Shown here one piece after another: positions 8,611 through 16,905 of a stretch of 64,000 bases of DNA (positions are counted from its first letter, which is position 1; the number at the start of each line of letters is the position of its first letter). Under the pieces are notes generated by a model. It was not told where the DNA came from and did not search any database. It saw only the letters and a list, made by a program, of their open reading frames with translations. This DNA comes from Candidatus Moraniibacteriota bacterium. Lineage in GTDB: Bacteria > Patescibacteriota > Minisyncoccia > Moranbacterales > DUUL01. The stretch lies in NCBI GenBank assembly GCA_034522495.1, contig JAXHLG010000002.1, forward strand, positions 1,000,486 to 1,064,485, in the 5' to 3' direction. Both the position numbers and the translations under genes were made by a program.

Positions 8611-10446
8611 TCACTCCACCGTCACGCTTTTGGCCAGATTTCTGGGCTTGTCCACGTCATAGCCCAGGCCGACTCCGAAATGATAGGCGAATAACTGTAA
8701 AACTACCACGCTGAGAAATGGTGTCAACATCTCCAGCGTTTTGGGGATGTAAATAACCTCGTCCACCAGATTGGCGATTTTTTTATCTCCCCGGGTAGCC
8801 ACGGCCAAGACTTTCCCTCCCCGCGATTTGACTTCTTCCATACCACTTGCCACTTTGGAATAGACACTGTCCTGCGGAGAGAGAAAAAAAGAGGGAAAAT
8901 CAGGATCAATCATGGCAATGGGCCCGTGCTTCATTTCCCCGGCCGGATAGCCTTCGGCGTGGATGTAGGAAATTTCCTTGATTTTCAAAGCTCCTTCCAT
9001 GGCAATGGGGAAATTATACTTCCGGCCAAGATAAAGCCAGTTCTTGTATGGCAAATACTTTTTGCTCTTTTTCTTAATTTCCCCGCTTTGGTCTAAAACA
9101 TCTTGAACCAAACCGGGTATTCTTTTTAGCTCTTGGGCGATCCTCCTGGACATCACATAAGACATGGATCTTTGCCGGCCCAGGCTTAACGCCAGCAACG
9201 CCAAGACCGCCAGTTGAGAAGTAAATGCCTTGGTAGAGGCGACTCCGATTTCCGGTCCGGCATGGTTGTAAACTCCGGCGTCCGTCTCTCGAGAAATGGT
9301 CGAACCCACCACATTAACGATACCCAAAGTCAAAGCGCCTTTCAATTTTGCTTCTCGAAGAGCCTCCAAGGTGTCAGCCGTTTCTCCCGACTGGGATATC
9401 GCCAGCACGGCGGTTTTCTCGTCCAAAAGAGGTTTGCGGTAACGGAATTCGCTGGCATACTCCACCTCGGTGGGAATGCCGGCGTACTCCTCGAGAAAAT
9501 ATTCTCCGGTTAGGCCGGCATAATAGGACGTCCCGCAACTGACAATCACCAGCTTTTCTATCTTTCTCAATCTATCCTGAACCGGAGCCAGGCCTCCCAG
9601 CATCGGGTTGGAATCTTCGCTGATAAATTTATCCACTCTGCCTCGGATAGCATCCTCCACTGCTTTGGGCTGCTCAAAAATTTCTTTTAACATAAAATGC
9701 GGATAACCTTGTTTTTTCACCTCCTGAGCCGACCAGGTCAATTCTGTGCTTTTTTTGTCCACGCTTTCGGATTGATTGAACACTTCAAAATTATCCGGAG
9801 AAATTTCGGCTATATCGCCGTCTTCTAAATAAACCACCTGCTTGGTGTAGTTTATAATCGCCGAAGCATCCGAAGCTATGATGTAATCTTCATCTCCCAC
9901 TCCGATTAGAAGAGGACTTCCCTTTCTGGCAGCCCAGAGTTTGCCGGGGGTCTTTTTATCCAAAACCGCCAGTCCGTAAGTCCCTTCCACTTTATTCAAA
10001 GCTTTTTCCAAGGCTTTTCTAACCGAAAGTTTCTCGGCAAATTCCTCCACCAAGTGGGCCAGCACTTCCGAGTCTGTTTCCGATTTGAATTTATGGCCTT
10101 TCTTTTCCAGCTCTTTTTTGAGCTCGCGATAATTTTCTATAATACCGTTGTGGGCGAGCCAGATTCTTCCATTTTGTCCGCTGTGGGGATGGGCGTTTTT
10201 TAAGGTGGGTTTTCCATGAGTGGCCCAGCGGGTATGGGCAATGCCGGGTCCTTCTTCAATGTTCAGTTTGGAAATCTTTTTCTCCAATTCGACCACTTTC
10301 CCTACCGCCTTTTCACACACTATCCCGCCATTGCAGGCAACTGCCAGCCCCGCGCTGTCATAGCCCCGGTATTCCAGCTTTTTTAAACCTTTTAACAAAA
10401 CAGGAAGAGTTTTTTTTGATCCTATATAGCCTACTATTCCGCACAT
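8611..10446 (-). CDS. glmS: Glutamine--fructose-6-phosphate aminotransferase (isomerizing)
   Basis: The protein starts with the MCGIVGYIG Ntn-amidotransferase motif, has two SIS domains and ends with VTVE. It is 611 aa. Confidence 0.95.
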   Translation of the reverse strand: MCGIVGYIGSKKTLPVLLKGLKKLEYRGYDSAGLAVACNGGIVCEKAVGKVVELEKKISKLNIEEGPGIAHTRWATHGKPTLKNAHPHSGQNGRIWLAHNGIIENYRELKKELEKKGHKFKSETDSEVLAHLVEEFAEKLSVRKALEKALNKVEGTYGLAVLDKKTPGKLWAARKGSPLLIGVGDEDYIIASDASAIINYTKQVVYLEDGDIAEISPDNFEVFNQSESVDKKSTELTWSAQEVKKQGYPHFMLKEIFEQPKAVEDAIRGRVDKFISEDSNPMLGGLAPVQDRLRKIEKLVIVSCGTSYYAGLTGEYFLEEYAGIPTEVEYASEFRYRKPLLDEKTAVLAISQSGETADTLEALREAKLKGALTLGIVNVVGSTISRETDAGVYNHAGPEIGVASTKAFTSQLAVLALLALSLGRQRSMSYVMSRRIAQELKRIPGLVQDVLDQSGEIKKKSKKYLPYKNWLYLGRKYNFPIAMEGALKIKEISYIHAEGYPAGEMKHGPIAMIDPDFPSFFLSPQDSVYSKVASGMEEVKSRGGKVLAVATRGDKKIANLVDEVIYIPKTLEMLTPFLSVVVLQLFAYHFGVGLGYDVDKPRNLAKSVTVE

Positions 10447-10470
10447 AAAAAAATTTATTACTGGTTATTG

Positions 10471-10638
10471 AAACCACTGAAGAATGTCACTCTGAACTTG
10501 TTTACCCGGCTTTGACGGGCCGTGTCCGCCTCTGACAGGATTCAGAATCTATAAATTTACAAAAAGGGCTTATCCGTGGAGATCCTGATTTTCATCAGGA
10601 TGACATTTCAAAGGGATTTATGCATTCTTCAGTAGTTT
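10471..10638 (-). repeat. Structured 5'-proximal repeat (family S), copy 1, 24 nt upstream of glmS
   Basis: Terminal inverted repeats are aaaccactgaagaat/attcttcagtagttt. Inside are nested attctga/tcagaat hairpins. Homologous copies lie at 51257-51426 and 52651-52781. Confidence 0.85.
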
Positions 10639-10833
10639 CGATTATTCTTCCGAATTATAACATTTTTTTGGAAAAGTTAATAGAATTGTATTATGAATTT
10701 TGTATCTTGTATCTAGAGTCTAGAATTTTAAATAGCTGGAAATTTTATTCCAGCGAGCGCAGAAGCCGAAATTCCTTCCGCCTCCATATGATTGATAACC
10801 AAAGGAAATATGTTTAAATGTTTGTATGCCTTG

Positions 10834-10863
10834 CCCCGTGTGAGCGAGAGCGAATTTACAGGG
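10834..10863 (+). repeat. Hairpin repeat family C, copy 3
   Basis: The sequence is ccccgtgtgagcgagagcgaatttacaggg, preceded by atgccttg. Confidence 0.8.
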
Positions 10864-10889
10864 TTAAAATGTTAAAATGATTATCGGCC

Positions 10890-10918
10890 TTGACAGATAC
10901 TTTCTTTTGTAGAATAAT
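10890..10918 (+). promoter_or_regulatory. Sigma70-like promoter candidate for the orphan gene at 10966
   Basis: TTGACA (10890-10895) is followed by a 17-nt spacer and AATAAT (10913-10918), with an overlapping TGtAGAAT. A strong SD (aaaggagg) lies 7 nt before the ATG at 10966. Confidence 0.5.
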
Positions 10919-10965
10919 TGGGTAAAAGAATTTTTGAAACAAAAATTGCAAAAGGAGGTAACTTC

Positions 10966-11325
10966 ATGCGATGTTTAAAACTGATCAAAATCGCTGTGGT
11001 TTTTGAAAACACGCTACAAGGGCATTTTTTCAAACAAGCTCTTAAGTCTGAATCAAGGGAAAATAGGCAATGCCAGCCTCTGGTAGTTCTTTTTAAGTTC
11101 AACGAAGCCCCTTGCTTAGATGGAAGCTACGAAGCGGTGGTTCTTGATCAAGAGCCTATCGACGTAGACCCTGAAAAAGCTGACCTTTCTTGTGTCAAAA
11201 ACATTTTTTGGCTAAACGGAAAGGGGGCCGCTGAACCATACCTGTTTCATATCAACAGGTTGAGGAATAAATTTCCTTTTGAGGAGCATATTCAAAAAGC
11301 TGCTAGGAATACTCCTATGCACTAA
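10966..11325 (+). CDS. Hypothetical protein (119 aa), stand-alone transcription unit
   Basis: I placed the start at the internal ATG that is preceded by AAGGAGG. The gene has its own promoter-like motif and a clear intrinsic terminator. I recognised no family. Confidence 0.5.
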   Translation: MRCLKLIKIAVVFENTLQGHFFKQALKSESRENRQCQPLVVLFKFNEAPCLDGSYEAVVLDQEPIDVDPEKADLSCVKNIFWLNGKGAAEPYLFHINRLRNKFPFEEHIQKAARNTPMH

Positions 11326-11341
11326 TTAAGTTCTTCAATAG

Positions 11342-11374
11342 AGGCCGGTCAATGACCGGCCTTAAGCTTTTTTT
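11342..11374 (+). terminator. Rho-independent terminator
   Basis: The 9-bp GC-rich stem aggccggtc-aat-gaccggcct is followed by taagcttttttt. Confidence 0.8.
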
Positions 11375-11478
11375 AGAAACAATTGAACCCGTAATTGAAC
11401 CGCTTGATTTTAAAAATTTCCCGCTGCTTGCCCCTTGCTTCTTGATGCAGCAACACACACTCCCGCCTTGCAGGCCTT

Positions 11479-14400
11479 TCAATCTTCCGCTCCTTTTTTC
11501 CTGAAAACCGTTCCAATAAACCTGTCCACTTCTAAATTGCTGTTCAGCTTCAAATTGTCCGGCTTGGCTTCGATTTCTTCGGGATATTTCCAAAAAAGAT
11601 CAAAGTTGTCCGGCTTTGAAATGGATGAAGAAAATTCAGTCTCGGCTGAGCCGGACTGCTTCTGAGCCAGCAAGGAGTAATAGTCCGTTTTATCCTTGTT
11701 TTTATCCACGTCCACCTTGAAAGGCAATCGGTATTTATAGGTAACTTTGACCTCTTCTTGAGGAGAAACATAGACCCAGTTGCCAAAAACTGTCTTGTTT
11801 TCCGCTCGGTAGATCCTAGTTCCGGTTTCTTGATCGATTTCCATGGATTGCTCCAGTTGCGCCACCTGAGAATCTTTTTGAAATTTAAGCTTCTCATAAT
11901 CCAGGGGAGCGGAATTGAATTCTCTGGTGTGGCCCTGCACATCCAAAAGTTTGCTGCCCTCGGGAACATAAACTCTCATGTAGTTGGCGTTGACTTTATT
12001 GTAAAATTCATACTCGGAGTTGCCGCCGTTGTGTTTTCTGGTGATGGTTACCGTGTCAACAATGGATCCGTCCGGCTTGATTTCAGCATTGTGATCAATT
12101 TTCTGATCTATCACTCCGTCGGTTTTGAATCCGTTGATATTGGAATTAACTACCATCAAATAATCCTTTTTGGTGTCAAGCACTTCCCCGGACCAGCCCA
12201 GCTGGGAAACCAGGTTTTGAATTTCGTGGTTTCTGGAATAAACAAGGATGTGCTTCTGATCCAGCGCTTCGGAAAAAACATTCAAAGTCTCGGCAATGCC
12301 CTCCAAATCCCTTTTGGCAAATACCTTGTCTAGAAGCTTGGGAGCCATATCGGCTATAATTTTTTTAGGCTTGTTCTCTTCTTTGTCATAATCGAATTCC
12401 ACCTTGAACTGGGTTTTATCCACAAAATTTTCCGCCGTGAGAGTGGTATCGTATTCCGGCATCTCTATCGGTCCGGTTATTTCCAAAAGTTTTTTAACCA
12501 CATCCGGAGTAAAAGTTATCACTCCGTCAACCGTGGGGCCTCCGGTTTTCTCGTAGAACCAAGAAATCTTTTCCGCTGAAGTCGGAAAATTGGGAAACCA
12601 GTTGGAGTCGTGAGTGGACCAAGCGGCTGATATTTTTTGAATAGGCTTGGGCGGAATAACATTAACGTCCAGCTGGCCGTCGGGATTGAAAATACCGTCA
12701 ATAAACAGCTCTTCCACGTGGCCTTCATGCACGTCCAAGACTCCGTAACTGCCGATAAAGCCGCCCGTAGCTCTCATCTCTTGGTTGTTTTGAAATAAGA
12801 ATAAGTACTTCCTCGGTCCGTTGTAGCCCAGCAAATCCTTGAAAACAAATTGATTCTTGTTCAATTCTTCAATGTAGGCGATAGCTTGAGGCAGAAATTC
12901 TTTTCCTTTTTTAAATTCGTCTCTGTATCTTTCCGGCACATCCCCGGGGTTCACTTCTTGCAGATTATGATTAGCCTTTTTCAGGTGTTTTCCGGCTTCG
13001 GCCAAGTCTTCATTTATATGGAGAAAAACATCTCCAATGCCTTGCTTGTTCCCTTCTTGCGATTCCAGGGGATTTTCAATTTTGGATATTTTCTCAACCG
13101 TTCCCCCCAGTAAAGAAGCGGCCTCCATAAGTTCTTCCCCAGCATTCATCAGCTTCTTGCCGCTGCCGATCTTGGAAAGGAAAGGAACGTGAGAAAAAGC
13201 CTCCATCATATTGCCCCCCAGCTTATTTATCCTTTGATTGGCTTCTTTTATCTCTTTCTTGGCTTGGTTTAAGTTTAATATGGCTCTGTCGATGTTTTTG
13301 TTTTCAAATTCTTCTTTGGCTTTGGCTATGTGCCGGGACGCTTGCTGTCCTTTTACCTCTACGTCATCTTTTAGCTGAAATCCATAGGAAGCAAAACGGC
13401 CGGAGAGAACAATCAAAAAAATTACCAAACATACGCATCCAAACGAGAAAGCCGGCTTCCAAAAACTTGTTCCGAAAACCCTCCCGGGAGCGGCTGACAA
13501 AGCTTGCCGCATATTTTTCCAAGACGCGGCGACCTGCCGACTCTTCAACTCTTTTTGATTTCTCCGATAAGCTTTTTCCTTCTCCTTTTGCCGCCTGGCT
13601 TCCTCTTTGGCTTCCATCTTCTTGAGTTTCTGCCACTCCTTTTGCTCGGCTTTTCGCTTCTTTTCTTCCTCTTTTTGCCTCTGCAGAGCCAGTTTTTCCT
13701 GCTTCCTCTTTTTTCTTTCCAGCTGCTTCTGTCTTTCTCTTTCTTCTCTTTGGCGCTGTTTTTGAAGCTCTTCTTGCTTTTTTTGGCGCTCTTTCTCCTT
13801 TTCTTGCTCCTGCCTGCGCCTCTGGAGAATCAATTTTTCCTGTTCGCGCTTTTGCTTTTCTTCTTCCTTTTTTCTTTGGATCGCCAGCTCTTCCTGTTCG
13901 CGCTTTTGCTTTTCCCTTTCCTTTTCTCTTTCTTTCAAAAGCCTCCGCCTTTCCATCTCCTTTTGCTCTCGAGCCCTTCTGGCTCTTTCCCATCTCTCTT
14001 CCTCTTCTTTTTCCAGTCGGCGCAATTTCTCTCGATAAAAATGAAGCCTTTCCTCGTTTTTAGCCGCTTGTTTTTGTCCAAAAATATTCAATCCCGGATC
14101 AGTTTGCTTTTGTTCAAACAGGGAAATGATCTCTTTTAAGGATTTCTGCTTGGCGTTTTCTGTGCGTTCAGGGGGAATAATGTGATAAAGAGGCAATTCT
14201 TCCGAAATCTTGCAGCCGAGATAATAATGCCTTGTTTTTTTTATCTCGTTTTTTAAGCTGGCTATTCTTTCCTGTATTTTTTTCTCTTGGCTTTTTCTTT
14301 CAATTTCTCTTAAATTATCTTTCTTTTCAGGCTTGAGGCCTTCGCTTTCTGCCGGTTCTGCCGGACGCGGCCGCCTCTTCGATTCCATTAAACCAGCTTT

Positions 14401-15054
14401 TCTTTCGAGCTTTTTTTTCTTTTCCGCTTCCCTGGAAGCCAAGAATGAATCCCTTCTTTCCCTGGTTTGCCGGAGCTGTCTTTTTTCCTCCCGGATTTGC
14501 TCAAGAATCCATTGATGCCTTTCTTCTTTGGAAGAATTCCTCAATGAAACTTGCTGAGAAGCCGGTTTGTTTTTCAATATATCATCCAGCGGAACATATT
14601 TTGCAGAAGCTTCCTGCGAAAGCCCGTACTTTTCCCGAATGGAATTCAGCAAACGCTCTTCGGCCTTTTTTTCATTTTCTTTTTCTTTTCTTTCTTTCTG
14701 TCTTTTCAAAAAATCCTCTCTCTTTTTTCTTTGTTCCTCCAATTTTTTTTCTTCCTCCCTTATTCTCTGCCTGGTGATTTCCTCCCGGCGCTTTTTTTCT
14801 TCCAATCTCCTTTCGGCCAACTTGTTCACTTCAAAGAATTCCCGGGAAGGGTTTTTCCAGATATCGTCAATCGGAGCGCCCGGCTTGGCCTCCCGGAATC
14901 CACTCTCGCGCTGCTTGAATTCTTGCTTGGATTCAATCCTTATTTTCTCCGGCAAACCAATATATTTCTCCGCGTCAAAATCTCCCCGCTCGTTAACCGG
15001 CCTAACATCGAACATCTGCGGTATCACATTGTTCTTTTGTTTTCTTTTCTTCAT
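11479..15054 (-). CDS. Large membrane-anchored DUF4012-family protein with ~470-aa Lys/Glu/Arg-rich coiled-coil N-terminal region
   Basis: The C-terminal part has the DUF4012 signature FQNNQEMRATGGFIGSYGVLDV. One TM helix (CVCLVIFLIVLSG) is present. The N-terminus is low-complexity (KQKREQEELAIQRKKEEEKQKREQEKL...). Confidence 0.7.
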   Translation of the reverse strand: MKKRKQKNNVIPQMFDVRPVNERGDFDAEKYIGLPEKIRIESKQEFKQRESGFREAKPGAPIDDIWKNPSREFFEVNKLAERRLEEKKRREEITRQRIREEEKKLEEQRKKREDFLKRQKERKEKENEKKAEERLLNSIREKYGLSQEASAKYVPLDDILKNKPASQQVSLRNSSKEERHQWILEQIREEKRQLRQTRERRDSFLASREAEKKKKLERKAGLMESKRRPRPAEPAESEGLKPEKKDNLREIERKSQEKKIQERIASLKNEIKKTRHYYLGCKISEELPLYHIIPPERTENAKQKSLKEIISLFEQKQTDPGLNIFGQKQAAKNEERLHFYREKLRRLEKEEEERWERARRAREQKEMERRRLLKEREKEREKQKREQEELAIQRKKEEEKQKREQEKLILQRRRQEQEKEKERQKKQEELQKQRQREERERQKQLERKKRKQEKLALQRQKEEEKKRKAEQKEWQKLKKMEAKEEARRQKEKEKAYRRNQKELKSRQVAASWKNMRQALSAAPGRVFGTSFWKPAFSFGCVCLVIFLIVLSGRFASYGFQLKDDVEVKGQQASRHIAKAKEEFENKNIDRAILNLNQAKKEIKEANQRINKLGGNMMEAFSHVPFLSKIGSGKKLMNAGEELMEAASLLGGTVEKISKIENPLESQEGNKQGIGDVFLHINEDLAEAGKHLKKANHNLQEVNPGDVPERYRDEFKKGKEFLPQAIAYIEELNKNQFVFKDLLGYNGPRKYLFLFQNNQEMRATGGFIGSYGVLDVHEGHVEELFIDGIFNPDGQLDVNVIPPKPIQKISAAWSTHDSNWFPNFPTSAEKISWFYEKTGGPTVDGVITFTPDVVKKLLEITGPIEMPEYDTTLTAENFVDKTQFKVEFDYDKEENKPKKIIADMAPKLLDKVFAKRDLEGIAETLNVFSEALDQKHILVYSRNHEIQNLVSQLGWSGEVLDTKKDYLMVVNSNINGFKTDGVIDQKIDHNAEIKPDGSIVDTVTITRKHNGGNSEYEFYNKVNANYMRVYVPEGSKLLDVQGHTREFNSAPLDYEKLKFQKDSQVAQLEQSMEIDQETGTRIYRAENKTVFGNWVYVSPQEEVKVTYKYRLPFKVDVDKNKDKTDYYSLLAQKQSGSAETEFSSSISKPDNFDLFWKYPEEIEAKPDNLKLNSNLEVDRFIGTVFRKKGAED

Positions 15055-16181
15055 TGCAGAACTTTTTTATATACTTGCAATGTTTCCCGGGCGTTTTGCT
15101 TCCAGTCAAACAGCGGCAAGCGCTTCCTTCCTTCTTCCAATGTCTTTTTTTTCTTTTCCGGATTTGATAAAACTTCTTGAATAGCCTTTTTTATCGAATC
15201 AACGTCTTCCGGATCAAAATACAACGCCCCCTCCCCGAGAATCTCCGGCATTGAAGACTTGTTCGAACTGATTACCGGACAATTGTGGGACAAGGCCTCC
15301 AACGGAGGCAGCCCGAACCCCTCATAAAGAGAGGGGAAAACATAGCATTCAGCCTCCCGGTAAAAGGCTCCCAGGTGTTCATCCGGTATGAATCCCGGCA
15401 AATGAATTCCGTCTATTTTTTTCTTTTGGATAAAGCTTTCCAGTTTTTCATAAAAAAAGTCTTTTCCTCCCACCAAAACCAGATTCAAACTTTTTTTCCG
15501 TTTTTGAATTTCCTTGAAAGCCAAGCACAGCCTATCCAAATTCTTGTGCGGATAAGCGTTGCCCACATAAAGCAAGTACGGTTTCACTATATCATATTTT
15601 TTAAAAATTGTCTCGGGCGTTTTTCGATTTTCTTTTTCGGTGAATTCGCATCCTTCTTTTATCACCTCTATCTTCCCGGGGTTGATTTTAAAATTTTTCA
15701 ATATATCCTTTTTGGTGAAATCAGAAACGGTAATAACTCTTTTTGCCCGCTTTACAGCCAGAAAAATAACCAACCGATAAGCCAGAAGCTTGAACATATA
15801 GTAAGCCTTGCCGAGGGTGGTGTTCTTGAAAGTGGGATAATGGAACAAGATTAAGTCGTGGATAGTAACTGCAAACTTTCCCCGGTAAAAAACCGGGACG
15901 TTGAAGTGCCCGAAGTGCATCAAGTCGAGCTTGTATTTGTTGAGAAAAAAAGGGAAAAATAATTGCTCCCGCCAGCCGTACCAATCAAAATCGGCCAAAA
16001 CCTTCTTGAAATTTCGGCTTTTTGGGTGAAATTCATCAAAGTTTTCTTTTTTCAAAAAAACCAAGTACTCATTCTTCGACCCCCCGTCAATTTTTTCCAA
16101 ATTTTCCACCAGCTTTTGCAGATACCGTCCCAGCCCCTTGACCTTCGGTCCGTAAAAGCGAGCGTCGATGCCGATTTTCAT
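15051..16181 (-). CDS. Glycosyltransferase family 4 (GT-B, retaining)
   Basis: The N-terminus is MKIGIDARF. The E-x7-E region reads PSLYEGFGLPPLEALSHNCPVISS. The stop overlaps the downstream start by 4 nt. Confidence 0.85.
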   Translation of the reverse strand: MKIGIDARFYGPKVKGLGRYLQKLVENLEKIDGGSKNEYLVFLKKENFDEFHPKSRNFKKVLADFDWYGWREQLFFPFFLNKYKLDLMHFGHFNVPVFYRGKFAVTIHDLILFHYPTFKNTTLGKAYYMFKLLAYRLVIFLAVKRAKRVITVSDFTKKDILKNFKINPGKIEVIKEGCEFTEKENRKTPETIFKKYDIVKPYLLYVGNAYPHKNLDRLCLAFKEIQKRKKSLNLVLVGGKDFFYEKLESFIQKKKIDGIHLPGFIPDEHLGAFYREAECYVFPSLYEGFGLPPLEALSHNCPVISSNKSSMPEILGEGALYFDPEDVDSIKKAIQEVLSNPEKKKKTLEEGRKRLPLFDWKQNARETLQVYKKVLQ

Positions 16182-16262
16182 TGGGTTTTTTTAGTAATTA
16201 AAGTTATCGTTTTCTTATCACTAAAATTTTATAAACTTCAAAAAAGCGATCAATAAAATAAA

Positions 16263-16327
16263 GATACAAGGATACAAGAAACAAGGGTACAAATAAATTA
16301 GAAATTCCAATACTCAAAAGTTCAAAC
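16263..16327. repeat. Left inverted repeat bracketing the four-helix-bundle gene
   Basis: The sequence gatacaaggatacaagaaacaagggtacaa...aaattccaata...ttcaaac is the reverse complement of 16715-16794. This includes a perfect 16-bp terminal match. Confidence 0.8.
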
Positions 16328-16714
16328 CTATTTCTTTTTATTTTGAGTTTTGTCGATAATAGAGCACAAAATATTTTTTATTTCTTTGCCTTCTTGAATC
16401 AGATCTCTCATCCTTTTTTCAAATTCTGGGTTGGCTTCTTGAATTAACTCCAACCAATGAAGAGCTTCCTTGGCTTCTTTTCTGGCAATTCTTAGCCTGT
16501 GAATAAAATCTTTCTTGCCCAATGCATCATTAGCTTCCCTATAATTAGCGCCTATTGAGCCGGCTGAACCTGTTGCTTGACTTTTGAGTCTTTCATTAAT
16601 TGAATTTTTTGGCAGGGCCCTGCAAAGTCTTATGACTCTTTTGGCAAATTCTGTAGTTCTTTCTTCCAAGTCATATTTCGGCTTGTTTTTAGATTCAGCA
16701 TTATTGTCATTCAT
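16328..16714 (-). CDS. Four-helix-bundle protein (family formerly annotated 23S rRNA intervening-sequence protein)
   Basis: The motifs ERTTEFAKRVIRLCRALPKN...GSIGANYREANDALGKKDFIHRLRIARKEAKEALHWLELI are characteristic of that family. Confidence 0.85.
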   Translation of the reverse strand: MNDNNAESKNKPKYDLEERTTEFAKRVIRLCRALPKNSINERLKSQATGSAGSIGANYREANDALGKKDFIHRLRIARKEAKEALHWLELIQEANPEFEKRMRDLIQEGKEIKNILCSIIDKTQNKKK

Positions 16715-16794
16715 CTACTCGTTTGAATATTTAAAATTTTGGTTATTGGAATTTGTTTGTATCCTTGTCTCTTGTATCCTTGTATCCTTGTATC
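16715..16794. repeat. Right inverted repeat bracketing the four-helix-bundle gene (followed by a tandem 38-nt duplication to ~16841)
   Basis: The sequence ...gtttgaa...tattggaattt...cttgtatccttgtatc pairs with 16263-16327. CTTGTATC-type 8-bp words continue to ~16855. Confidence 0.8.
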
Positions 16795-16905
16795 GTTATA
16801 TCTTGTCTCTTGTATCCTTGTATCCTTGCATCGTTATGTCCCTGTATCCTTTTTTGTATTTTTCACCTTTGCGTCTTTTTTACCTAAGCTCTTGAATCTA
16901 AGATT

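Noticed and set aside
13364-15184. Several 200-aa ORFs (13364-13993 minus; 13504-14139, 14551-15180 and 14567-15184 plus)
   Set aside because: They are alternative-frame and antisense products of the Lys/Glu-rich low-complexity region of the 1191-aa DUF4012 protein. Such repeats keep all frames open.
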